This document shows, piece after piece, positions 10,020 to 21,805 of a stretch of 22,706 bases of DNA (position 1 is the first letter of the stretch; the number at the start of each line of letters is the position of its first letter). The position numbers and the translations under genes are program-made. A model generated the notes under the pieces. It searched no databases. It worked only from the letters and a program-made list of their open reading frames with translations, and was not told where the DNA came from. This stretch comes from Ginkgo biloba (lineage: Eukaryota; Plantae; Ginkgophyta), in the NCBI GenBank assembly GCA_024626585.2, contig JANKJI020000002.1, forward strand, positions 219,475,851-219,498,556, read 5' to 3'.

Positions 10020-11460
10020 GAAAATGGGCTACATGGCTTACCATGGGATGGAAAAAATTTATTACAAAAACTCTAGATAAGGAAAGACTTCTTGGGAATT
10101 CTTGAGGATAAAATAAGAAAATTCATTTAATTGGTAAGGGAGTTATTTATGTTCATCATAGAGGATGAGTATTAACAACAATGTAAAGTAAATGGGGAGT
10201 AACATAAACTTTATTTATAGGGGATGACATTGAAGGCTCCCCAAGGATAGTAGATGAAGAAACACCAATAATCCAATTTTATTATGAAGATATTAAGGAG
10301 GAATGTGTAGATCTCCAATATAGAATTTTCATTGGAAAATTTAATGGTATTATAGTGAGTCCCTTTACTATGCAAGAATGGGCGATGATAATTGGGGAGT
10401 ATTTATCAAGAGTTCAATGAATTTTGAATTGAAAGATAAATACTACTTTAATATATTCTTCTAATCCCATATTGATATTGAAGACATATTGTATGGAGGA
10501 ACATGGTTCTTTAAAAAAATACGATTATCCCTTAAATGATGGATACCATTATTCATCCTAGAAAACCTAGGCCCATTAAAGATCCTAGTTTGGGTCAAAC
10601 TCCCTTACCTCTTAGATGAATTCGGATATAAAGAAAAAATAAACAAAATTAGAACACTATTGGATAAAGTTCGTAAGTATGATGAAGACACCCTAAATCA
10701 TAATATAAGAGGAGTAACAAGAATCTGTGTGGAAGTGAAAATGAATAATCCACTTAGAGAATCTATCAATACTCAAGTAAATAATATAATTTTCATAGTA
10801 CATGTAGACTATGAACAAGTCCTTTTTCGGCGCTCAGTCTGTCATTAAGCAGGTCATGTCATGAAGTTTTTCCAAGACTATGACCCCCTATGGTGAAACG
10901 GGGAGATGAGAATAATTCTATTCTAGACCAAAATATCCAATCTAAGGAAACAATACATCCCCAAAAATAGGTTACTCAATAATATGGATTAGGAAAATAT
11001 TTTCAATCTAGAGTAAATAAATAAAGTACTAGCTAAGGCTAGATCAAAGTTGGAGGAAGTGGTATATCATCCTTTACGGGGATGCCTAAGCCCTAACCAC
11101 TCCTAATAAAAGAAGAAAATAAAATCCTATAAAGAATGTCAGAGATAATAGAGGAGGAAGGATGTTATAATAAAAAATAGAGTTACTCAAGAGACTCAAT
11201 AATAATCCATTATTCCATCTTAGGGAGGTGCTAAGGAGGTAGAGAAATGGAGGTTTTTAAGAAGGAATAGATTTGATGCCTTATCATAGGATATAAAAAA
11301 TAAAGAAGATAATATGATAAAATAAATGAATAACTAGTTATAGGTAAGCCAAAAAGCTAAAAATATGATAGGACTAAAGTAGAGTTTAGCCACCTACTTC
11401 AACCAATTATAGGGAATGATGGTAGAAGAAGTAAATCTAGGAGAAGAGGTTTGAGGAATT
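10020..11460 (+). pseudogene. LINE ORF1 pseudogene (DUF4283 + CX2CX4HX4C zinc knuckle)
   Basis: RIFIGKFNG...ILYGGTWFFKKIRLSLK*WIPLF...VWVKLPYL...TRICVEVKMNNPLRESI...VDYEQVLFRRSVCH*AGHVMKF. Includes supplied ORF 10660-10848. Confidence 0.88.
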
Positions 11461-11489
11461 NNNNNNNNNNNNNNNNNNNNACACACAAA

Positions 11490-13687
11490 ATAGAGTACTA
11501 AAATCCTTTCATGAAATGTGAGAGGATTAGGTGGTAATAGGTATAAAGAAAAACTAGAAATAAAAAGAGTTATAAAAAGTTACAAGCCACAAATAGTGGT
11601 TTTCATAGAAACTTACATTCCTAATGATGTTGAGGCCAAAAAGGTAGCAAAGAGTGTTTGGCCAAAAATTTCCTAGGAATATTCTTGTTCATCAATAGCT
11701 AGTGCAAGGATCATGGTCTCATGGAAAGGTGGCATAACAACATCTACCATTTACAAGAACACTAAGCAGAGTTGCCTCATCATCCATTTTAAAGAAAATA
11801 AAATAGAATGGGTTCTGATAGAATTTTACACACTTAATGAACCTAAAGAAAGAATTTAGTTTTAGCTTCATATAGGTCATATCGCAATTAGGAATAATAT
11901 TTACTAGAAAAAGGTAATTATGGTTGGAGATTTTAATTTTGTAGAAAATATTTTAGATAAAAAAGGGGGAACAACTAAGAGAGCTAGAAGATCATAAAGA
12001 GAAATGTTCACAAACCTGAAGGATTTGCTCTCCTCTAAAGAGAGAAGTTAGAAAGGGCCTCTGTAATTCATCTAGAGTAATAAGAGGATAGGGAAAGAGG
12101 TTAAATAAATATTCGATAGATTCTATGTTTTGACTCATCTCTAGGAGAAGGTTTTAAAATATTATTACATTTCCATAATTACAATAGAAATATCAAATCA
12201 TTTCCCCATCATGCTTCAAGCAACAATTGGTAGTGCTTGGTTACATTCTAAAAAGGTTCCCTTAAACTAAATGTAGCTTATTTAAAATACAAGGAGTTTC
12301 TCAAGCTTATTCATATAAAGTGGAAGGAGATTATAGAGTACTACAAGGAGGAAACATCCCCATCCATCAAGTGGGTCAAAATCCTCAAAGATCTAAAAAA
12401 TTATATAAAAGAATGGGATAGACTTAGAATATTAACATTAAGGGAAGAAAGGTATTTAATCATTTAAAATCTATCATAGGTCAAAATCAAGGCAGACTAG
12501 GAAGGAAGAGATGATCAACTCAAAGAGTAGATTCAAATTATATCAGAGAGACTTCAAGAAATTGACCAAGAGGAAAATTCTAAAAATAGACATTAGAAAA
12601 ATAAGGTGGATGACTCAAAGTGACAAGAACACAAAATTTTTCAATGAGGTAGTTAAGAGGAGAAAGCATACAGCTTTAATAACTCTATTGAAGTCTGAAA
12701 ATGGACGATTCTTACTTGACTAAGAGAAAATTGAGGTTGAAGCATTAAAATAGTTGAAGAAGACTTGGACAACAAGGAACCTTGCACTAGCTAGAGCTAG
12801 AACAATGGCTTTGATGTTCTCCAAGATTGAGCCTCCATCAAAAAATAGTGTGTAAGTTGTAAATGATAAGTTGTCCAATAAGGTATCAAATGAGGAACTC
12901 ACAAAAAATCTTAAGAAGATGGATAATGGAAAATCCCCAGACCCAAATGGTTTTTCAATAGAGTTTTAAAAATAAATGCAACAAGAGATGCTCCTAATCC
13001 TTGTCTAGATGTGTGAGGAGGTGCAATATGCATGATATCTCCATCCAACAGTTAATCTGACACTAGTGGCATTGGTCCCTAAGATCCAAAAACCTTCCAT
13101 GTTAAAGCATCGATTGCCAATAAGCTTATGTAACATTTCCTATAAGCTCATGGAAAAGGTTATAGAAAAATGAATGTCACCTTACATGAACGAGTTAATT
13201 GATGATAGCCAATATGCATTTAAAGGAAGGAAAATAGTAAAACGTATCACGATGGTAGGAGAGTGCTTGTACACATAAAGAGTTAAGAGGAAGGGAGTGA
13301 TGATATTAAAGGAAAAAACCTCCAAGGCTTTTGATACATTGGAATGGGACTACCCCTTGTCATTGCTACCAAGATTTAAATTGGTTTGTGGCCTTNNNNN
13401 NNNNNNNNNNNNNNNNNNNNNNNNNNNNNNNNNNNNNNNNNNNNNNNNNNNNNNNNNNNAGAAAGATTCCCAACATCAAGAGGAATTAGATAGGGATGCC
13501 CTCTCTCACCTTATTTATTTACAATAGCAATAGAAGGGTTGTCAACAATGCTACGATGGTTGCATCATAATAAACTGGTAGAGGGGTACCTAGTATATGG
13601 TAGAAAGATATTCATTACTCAAAAAATCTATGTAGATGATCTAATATTAATTAGAAAACCTTCCCTCACTGAGGTTCTTTATTAGTA
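11490..13687 (+). pseudogene. LINE ORF2 pseudogene (APE endonuclease + reverse transcriptase)
   Basis: Endonuclease motifs: ILS*NVRGL (~11505), VFIET, GDFN (11926-11937), FDRF, SNHFP (12193). Linker: WMTQSDKNTKFF. RT motifs: KSPDPNGF (12931), LVPK, PISLCNISYK, KAFD (~13325), RGIR*GCPLSPYLF (~13480-13520), YVDD (13629-13640). Confidence 0.93.
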
Positions 13688-13787
13688 NNNNNNNNNNNNN
13701 NNNNNNNNNNNNNNNNNNNNNNNNNNNNNNNNNNNNNNNNNNNNNNNNNNNNNNNNNNNNNNNNNNNNNNNNNNNNNNNNNNNNNNN

Positions 13788-14768
13788 TCTATTCTATACC
13801 ATCATATTCAATCAAAGGAAACAAGGCATCCCCCAAAAGAGGGAGCTCAACTAGAATGATTAAGAAATAGTCTTCAAATTGGAGAAAACAAAGATAGTAT
13901 TAAGAAAGGATAGATTAAAGTAGGAGGAAGGTTTAGAATATCCCTTAAAGTTTTGTGAAGGACTCAACCACTCTTAGTGAAAGAAGAAAAATAAATTATA
14001 TAGAGAATGTCATAGATAGTTGAGGATGAAAGACTATTAAAAAGATTTAGATTTGTATAAGACACTCAAGAGGATTCCATCATGCCACCACAAGAAGGAG
14101 TCTAGGAGGAAAATAAAGGGATATTTACAAGCATAAATAGATTTGATGCCTCAATATAAGATATGTAAATTGAAGATGGTAACATGGTTAAAGAAACACC
14201 TAACCATCTACACATAAACCAAAAAGGAAAAAGGATGACAGGATCTAAAGTGGAGTTTGCACACCCACATCAACTAATGTATGGTAATGAATGTAGAAGA
14301 GGTAGATTAGAGGAGAGAGTATTTTGAATACCATTCCTTGATGAAATAAAACATACAATGGAATACAAAAATTATCTCATAGAATGTGAGAGGATTAAGA
14401 GGAAATAGGTATAGATAATGGTTAGACATAAAAAGGGTAATAAGAAGTTATAAGCCATAAATAGTGATATTTACAAAGAACCATATTCCTAATCATGAGG
14501 AGGCTACAAAGGAAGTAAAGAGTGTTTGGATAAATGTTCTTGGGAAGCTTCATGTTCAACAATAATTTCTATAAGGATCATGTTGATGTGGAAAGGTGAT
14601 ATTGTAACATGTACTATATATAAGGATGATAAGGAGAGGTGTCTTATCATTTGTTTTAATGAAAATAATATAGAATGGACTCTAATAGATGTATACTCAC
14701 CTAATTAAACTAAATAAATAATCTATTTTTGGCTTCAAAAATTCAATATTATGGTCAGGAATAAGTTA
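13788..14768 (+). mobile_element. LINE copy B: ORF1 3' half + ORF2 endonuclease start, same family as copy A
   Basis: Colinear with ~10918-11900. Shared blocks include TCTATTCTA.ACCA, AAAGAAGAAAATAAA, AATAGATTTGATGCCT, AATGTGAGAGGATTA and AAAGAGTGTTTGG. ORF2 ATG at 14358, with DVYSPN at ~14690-14705. Confidence 0.9.
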
Positions 14769-15018
14769 TGATTCGTTTTTGGATCCAAAATTGGTTTTTA
14801 TCAATTTTTAAGAAAACCCCAACTTGAAGTCAAATTTGGCAGAAATATGTCCATTTTTAAAATGAATATCCTTAAATAAAGGGTTGTATAATTTTAAAAT
14901 ATCTTTAAAACTGTCCCAATATCATGGAAAATAGAGTTATGGTTTGAATGTTATGATGGAAATAGTGAGATCTAAAATTTACACTATTTTGGGAATTTTC
15001 GAGCTGCTAGGGATGGAA
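14769..15018. repeat. Unclassified non-coding repeat fragment interrupting LINE B
   Basis: Homology to LINE A is lost abruptly at ~14768. No LINE reading frame follows, and the segment ends in a 100-N gap. Family not recognised. Confidence 0.3.
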
Positions 15019-15219
15019 NNNNNNNNNNNNNNNNNNNNNNNNNNNNNNNNNNNNNNNNNNNNNNNNNNNNNNNNNNNNNNNNNNNNNNNNNNNNNNNNNN
15101 NNNNNNNNNNNNNNNNNNGAAATTAAACAAAATATTTTACTAATTTAAGTACTAATATTTGATGAATACACTATAGTAAAAATAACTCCTTCACTTTGGA
15201 TGAAAGGGTATAGCTTAAT

Positions 15220-16557
15220 AATTAGCTCCAAGGGGTAATTGGGAGGGCTACCAACCCTTTGGGAACTAAATTATTTACTATTAACTAAAGAAATTAAAAC
15301 ATACAAGTGGATCATAAGATACTTCTAAATTATCCACTTAGGCCTCAACATTAGTGTCATAAATATTTATAATGACTCAATGGATCATCTTAATAAGTCC
15401 TACTGGCACTCCATAGACAATGATAGTTTGGCCAAAAACCTAGAAAATTTGATCATAAGTAGAGACATGAATCTAGTTCTTCACTTATCAAAAATAAAAG
15501 GGAGGACCAAAATATTAGATCCATCTAAAAATTTTATGGAAGAGGTTGTGCATAATAGAGACCTCCATGATATCCTTTCAGTCGAAGGCACCTATACTTA
15601 GAATAAAAAAAGAAAAGGTAAATTAATAATCATTGAGAGGAGGAAAAATTCTTTGTCTCTAATGGCTTATTAGGGAAATATTTTAGTATCCATTCAAGAA
15701 TTTTGAAAGGATATCACTTTGATCATTTACCTACCTCCCTTGAATTGATTAGAGCACCCTAACCTAAAAAATTATCCCTTCAAATTCTTTCCCTTTTGAG
15801 GCCAACATCCTGACTTCCTCTCTTATATTCAGGGTTGGTAGAAGGAATGTGAAGTCTCAAGATCTCAAATATTCATCTTTGATAAAAAAAAATTAAACAT
15901 GTCAAACAAAAGATAAAACATTGGAGCAAATTCACTTTCAAAATTATTTCCTAGATAAATTCTAGATAGAGGAGAAATTGGATAGTCTTTAAGAAGACAT
16001 AACTAGGGGTGGCTACTCAGAAGATTATTTAAAGGAGAAGAAATCCTTAGAAGATAATCCAAATATTATTTATTCCTAGGAAGAATCCTATTAGCACTTT
16101 AATTCTTGTTCCACCTAGTTGAACTAGGGAAATATAATTTTTTTTTTTTTTTTAAGACTTCTTAAGAAAGAAACCAAAAAAACTTTATTACAAAAATTTA
16201 CAAAGATGATGGATCTATCCTCTCCTTTCAAGAAGACATCAGGATGGAGGTTGTTTTTTATTTTAAATATCTTCTTAAAGAATCCAATTTAGATAGATAA
16301 AGATCCCAAGAAGAGTTTCTTCATAACATTCCCACTACACTTTCATATGACTAGGATTATTCCTTGAGAATCCGGTTTTATAGGAGGAGTTAAAAGAGAT
16401 AATTTTTAAATATAAAAATGATAAAAGTCCTATACTAATCATCTTTCAAATTAACTTCTACTAGTTAGTATGGGAGGTTATTAAAAAGTATTTATTAAGA
16501 GCGATGAAATATTTTTGGGGATTTAAAATCTACCTTTATATCCCATACTCCAAAGGG
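15220..16557 (+). pseudogene. LINE copy C: ORF2 fragment (endonuclease to start of RT), different family from A/B
   Basis: GGLPTLW (~15241), VINIY, LIISRDMNLVL (decayed GGDFN), GTYT*NKKR, DHLP (~15721), PFKFFPF*GQHPDF, EESY*, DKSP (~16420), FY*LVWEVIK and TFISHTPK (~16532-16555). Confidence 0.85.
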
Positions 16558-16849
16558 GTATAATAGGAAAAATCTTAGTGGCTATATATAGATAATTGGC
16601 TATTTTTTACTAAAATTTTTAACAATTAGATTCTCCAATAGCCCAAATTCCTCTAAGATATTCTCCAAGGTTTTTCAATTTTAATGAAAAATATTAGCTT
16701 ATTCGTCAAATTTAGCATAAATTATAAGAAAAATATTTATTTCCCTAAAACATTTGCCTATAATTCATTTATTACTTACTTTATATGTTAAAAATATTTG
16801 CCAATTAATTATACTTATAAAAAATAAGGCAATCCTTAATATTTTCCAT

Positions 16850-17785
16850 GGAACTAAGGCGAATGGAGCCTTATATAAACATGACATATCGGCATGCTTT
16901 GCAAAGATGTGAGCTAATTCCTAAGCATATAAGAAATTTGAGGATTGCGTAGATCGGGATGAGCTTCTTCCCTGATCCTTTGAGCTTGCCATTCCCTACT
17001 CAGTTTGCAACTGGGCAATAGAGTAGGGTCGAATCTCAAATTCCTTAGAGGGATCTACCACCCAGGGATGATAACATTTTAAGAGTGCCATCTTGGATAT
17101 CAAATGATTTGCAGAAGGTCGACCAGTTGACAAAGGAGGAATTATTGGAATGGAAGAGGAAAAAGGTTGGGGAAGGAGAAGCTCAAGTTGAACTAAAAAG
17201 ATTAGATTAAGTGGCAAGCGTTGATTCAAGGGTTAAAATTAGATTTATCTTGCATTGAGCATCGAATTCCTTGACAGGTAGGAATTCCCTCCACTCTCAT
17301 AGGAGAGCAGTGGGGGAAGATCCTATGTCCCTACTTAGGAGATGACGGAGACTAAAATCTACCTAGGAAGGTGAAATATTGTTGGAGCACCTTAGGTGAA
17401 GCCAACAAGTTTGAGGGTTGGGTGGGAAAGATTGGAATATAATCCTTGCCACAACTTGAGATTTCATTCTCTTCTAGGGTGATGAAAAAATTGTATAGGA
17501 TGTGGAAGAAGAAATCAATAATATAGATTGGTAATCCAAGGGAATCAAAGTCAATCATCTACCCAGTGCAATTGCTAACTTGGACAACACAATAGAATGT
17601 GTATGAGTACATAGATGAGATTTGCATTGACCTCCAGTCCATCACCTCTATAGAGAAATTTAATAAGAAAACCATCTCCTTAACAACAATGCATTCATGG
17701 AAAAAAATTGCATGGAAGGGCATCATTAAGAATGAGGTTTATTTTGTTGGAATTAGGTTCATAGGAAATTAAGAAATCATTCACA
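16850..17785 (+). other. Coding-like, purine-rich decayed ORF fragment of unknown family (probably TE-derived)
   Basis: GC content is higher than in the flanks. A plus frame reads DLQKVDQLTKEELLEWKRKKVGEGEAQVELKRLD*VASVDSRVKIRF with scattered stops. No motif I can name. Confidence 0.3.
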
Positions 17786-17789
17786 CTAC

Positions 17790-20062
17790 AAGAATTCAAT
17801 ACATGAATATGGGATATTGTGTACCTTCAAAACTCTCCAATGTACATTCACATAGAATAATAAAATAAATAGTGTAATAATATACCATGGTAGAACGTGT
17901 ACAATANNNNNNNNNNNNNNNNNNNNNNNNNNNNNNNNNNNNNNNNNNNNNNNNNNNNNNNNNNNNNNNNNNNNNNNNNNNNNNNNNNNNNNNNNNNNNN
18001 NNNNNNCTATTATAAGAATGATTAATCTCCCCATGAATAACATTTGTATAGATACATACACTTAGCTATAAATAAGAACAATTTGCAATTAAGGAAAATA
18101 TAATCAATTTTCTAAAAATTCTATCCAAAATATAAAGCATTACCCATGGCAATTGATGATGGTTTCACACTACTAGTGGAAATGTCAAGAGGAATAGAAA
18201 AAAAAATGTCTACTTTGTAGGAAATATATTCCCATATAAAAAGATGGAAACATTGAAGATTTTTGCAAACAACCATTATACAAACAAATCAACCTTAAAT
18301 TAAGAAATTATTGGCTATAAATATTTAAGATAAAATGAGCATCACATAAAGAGAAACTCATTAATCTAGAAAATCAATTAAATGAAATAATTGATGAAAA
18401 TAAGGGCGATATACTACATCATAGATTTAATAATTCATATATAATTAAATATCTCTCCTCTAGCTCAATGAATATAGTTGCACCATGAGAATTTAATAAA
18501 GTTCTAAGAATTTTTATGGAATTCCATTTAGAATAGATTAATTATCTGACACTCTTATTCAAACAACCTCAAAGATAAGATATTGACAATTAATTTAGTT
18601 ACCATAGCATAGCAAAATGGGAATCACTATATAAGGACCACAAATTTTCTCTTCTTATCTCCAATCTATTTTTTAAGATAGTGAAAATTTTAATATCTCA
18701 AATACACTCTAGCACAAAAATTGCAAGGGAAAACATTGGCTACTATTGACATTAGAAGAAAACTAAACCTTAATAAAATAATAAAATAAAATATAGGGTA
18801 CCTAGAATTGGAAATAGTTCAAATATTACTTGACTATATCTTAGGATTAACAAAGGACAGTTTCATAATGATTCAATAATTATGACCCCAACCTTTTTGC
18901 AACATTCACTAGCACAAAATAATTATCGACATCCCATACAATTGAATTCAAAAAATTATGATATAAATGCATTCCTTTTAAATGGATGTATAGATTAACA
19001 TAATGATAAGAGATGACCCCATAATTTTCATAAGATATTATACACATAAGATAGACTCCATTAAAACACTTATTCTACATAATCCAAACTACTATGACCA
19101 TGTTATAGATTACTTCTTTATGATTGAATTCTAAAGTAGGAGTACCTAATATAATCATACATTGTATTGGGTAAAATACAAACCTATTTATAGTAAATAC
19201 TCAAAAAAATATCTATTAAATTTTATAGATAGTCATATATATTTTGACACTTTATTGTTGCCAATAGAACTAAAAATGCACTAAAACATCATTATATAAA
19301 AACATGTAGAAAGAATAATACACATAGTTCTTTTTTAACCTTCCCCATTCCACCAATGAGGAAGACAATAATACTTGAACCAAAATTTTACAAGATAGTA
19401 AAAATTGAAAATAGAATATGGTATTTTGGCATATTAAACTCAAGAAAATTTTGATAAAAATATCATATTTAATGATTTTTTGAAGATGGTTGAGATGACA
19501 GAAAAGGAATACTTAGATAGAATTCAAAAACATATTAAACAACCAATGGTATTCCTCAAAACCTTATGACATATGGAAAAATGCATTCACGCTANNNNNN
19601 NNNNNNNNNNNNNNNNNNNNNNNNNNNNNNNNNNNNNNNNNNNNNNNNNNNNNNNNNNTAGAATCCAACTACTACATGTCATACTAGACAAAATTGAATA
19701 GAACTATAAAAATAGCCTTGAAATATATAAGAAATAACTATGAAGATAACAATCATAATGAGGTGACAAAAATAAGGCAATTAGAAAATAATATACTCAA
19801 CACAATTTTTTTTTAATCTTAATAAGTTATTTACATCATGTTCTTAGTACCATTACACCATAGCATAAGATAAAAAACATTCATCAACAAAATCATACCT
19901 AACCAAAGAAAATTTATTCTCAAACCTCAAAAGATAATTGATAAACTTGCATATAANNNNNNNNNNNNNNNNNNNNNNNNNNNNNNNNNNNNNNNNNNNN
20001 NNNNNNNNNNNNNNNNNNNNNNNNNNNNNNNNNNNNNNNNNNNNNNNNNNNNNNAAAAAAAA

Positions 20063-20104
<42 letters not shown>

Positions 20105-20430
20105 AATAATATGATATGTTAATTTCAATAGACATAAATATATTTATAATTAACCAAGAGATAAATTACATATATTCAATCCATTTAGATATGATGAAAA
20201 TGTATTGAAATAGAATTTCTCTACTTGTGTGATTCATAGAAAAATAACAAACATATTTTTCATCTAATATCTATGAAATTTATTTACAAAACATCAAAAT
20301 CAATGATGTATAAGTGGTTTAATATTGAAGATATAATTTAAAGTAATACAAATGAAATATATAATGAAAATCCATCTAAATCAACATTAATAAACTTTGA
20401 CAATGAATATTGTAACTTATATATACACAT
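17790..20430 (+). mobile_element. Decayed Helitron-like element, Rep (HUH/Y2) region of Helentron/Helitron2 type; Pif1 helicase part absent
   Basis: Motifs in canonical order: *LISP*ITFV*IH...QFAIKENIIN...LP...GNIFP...QPLYK (DUF6570-like, ~18018-18285); NIGYLEL...KDSFIMIQ*L, frameshift, TF (IRQLG.PT.F, ~18790-18910); DDPIIFIRYYTHKI (19012); DYFFMIEF*SRST*YNHTLYW (HUH motif EFQ.RGS.H.H.L.W, 19108-19170); TCRK...FPIPPMRKTIILEP (19302-19383); YYMSY*TK (Y2 motif, ~19670); PLHHSIR*KTFIN (~19850); II*YVNFN...RDKL...PFR (~20106-20190). Confidence 0.85.
20055..20102 (+). repeat. Poly(A) tract (~48 nt) abutting a gap, inside the Helitron ORF
   Basis: Direct observation: an A-run with a single C interruption. 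Confidence 0.9.
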
Positions 20431-20552
20431 TAGTGCAAAAAAAAAAAAAAAGNNNNNNNNNNNNNNNNNNNNNNNNNNNNNNNNNNNNNNNNNNNNNNNN
20501 NNNNNNNNNNNNNNNNNNNNNNNNNNNNNNNNNNNNNNNNNNNNNNNNNNNN

Positions 20553-21804
20553 ATAGGGGTAAGATATTCGATAAAGGTCCTTTGTTTTTAGGTTCTTTAG
20601 GGCTCTACTTGAATCATTAGTATGAGAACTTCGAACCTAATTAAGAAATTACCAAGTGAATTACAATTTGTATTAGGCTTCCCTTTCTTCCGTGGCATCT
20701 CTAGAATAAGTAGGTCATGCAAATTATAGGCAATAATCTAGTTGAATTCATTAAGATATCCAAAATAACTAAGTATAAATTCATGGTTGACTATGCTCAC
20801 ATTTGTGTGAAGTTCAAATTAGATGAGGGTATTTTAGATTCCATCCTGCTCAAGGTTAATGATTCATTTCCAATAAAATAGAATCTTGACTATGAATGTA
20901 TCCCATTCAATTCTAGTCGTTGTTATGAATATGGGCATTTTGCATAGAATTGGCCATCTAATCCTCCTCTATAAGATAAACCAAACCATCTATCCTTTAG
21001 AGGAAGAGTTATCCCAAGTTAGAAGATAAACAAATAACTCTAAAAACCCTCCCCAAAACTAAGACATTCAAATCAAGAAGTGATAGTTCACTCAATTAAA
21101 TTAATTTTAAGTTTTAAATGATTAAGAATAGGAAATGATCCACCTCACCTATAGCCAACCCTTTTCCTCAATTGAGGTATATAATTAGGAAAACATCATC
21201 GTTCATAACCAAGTATTAGATCTAAGGGAACTAATGGATTGAGGGAAGTTCCATTTAGAATAACAATAATCCAATGATGTAGTTCGCAACTCACCAATTC
21301 ATAATAGAAGTATCCTATAAGTAACTCCAATATCATAAATGTACTCAATTATTTTTTCTTAATATTTTTATGGTAATTTAAGAATCATTATTTCAACAAA
21401 GAAAATCATAAATGGAAGATCAAGATAGTTAGAAAAATAAAGTATTAGAAGATACTTATAAGAACTCAAAGGAAATAGTTAATTCATAGATTAAATCATC
21501 TAGTTTAGCCCAAAATAGAGACAAACTCGATCTTAAAGAAATCATCTTATATTGTGATATGGTCAATTAAAAAGACATAGATTTAGTCCTTGAATAAAAT
21601 AAAAAAGAGAAAATGGGAGACCCCATGAACATTATATTGGACACCCACGAAAATCAATATGACATGTACATCAAAGGAAGAACCAATAATAAAGGAAGAA
21701 AATCAAAATTAGAAATGAGAAATGCTAAAGATAGGGAATCAATTGATGTAGAAACTAGTTATGAATTGACAATATGGAGATGGAAAGCTATAAGAATCCT
21801 TTAA
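20553..21804 (+). pseudogene. LINE copy D ORF1 pseudogene (DUF4283 + zinc knuckle)
   Basis: KIFDKGPLFLGSLGLYLNH*YENFEP...ICIRLPFLPWHL*...IGNNL...YAHICVKFKLDEG...LDYECIPFNSSRCYEYGHFA*NWP. The basic C-terminus (supplied ORF 21613-21804) ends at TAA 21804. Confidence 0.88.
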
Positions 21805-21805
21805 T

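Larger units (their letters stand above)
10020..13687 (+). mobile_element. L1-clade LINE retrotransposon copy A (decayed; 3' part lost or in gap)
   Basis: ORF1 (DUF4283 plus zinc knuckle) is followed by ORF2 (APE endonuclease plus reverse transcriptase) in canonical order. The element ends at a 100-N gap just after the YxDD motif. The 5' boundary is approximate. Confidence 0.92.

Noticed and set aside
13788-14768. Assembly or haplotype duplication of 10918-11900
   Set aside because: The copies differ at roughly a quarter of positions with independent indels, far beyond allelic divergence.
14358-16557. LINE B and LINE C as a single ORF2 split by an insertion
   Set aside because: Both contain the same endonuclease sub-region (the G.....W and N/DVY motifs) and are dissimilar in sequence, so they are separate elements.
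17784-17796. CACTACAAGAA resembling an En/Spm (CACTA) terminal inverted repeat
   Set aside because: I found no matching inverted copy and no CACTA transposase motifs in the window. The downstream sequence is Helitron-like Rep.
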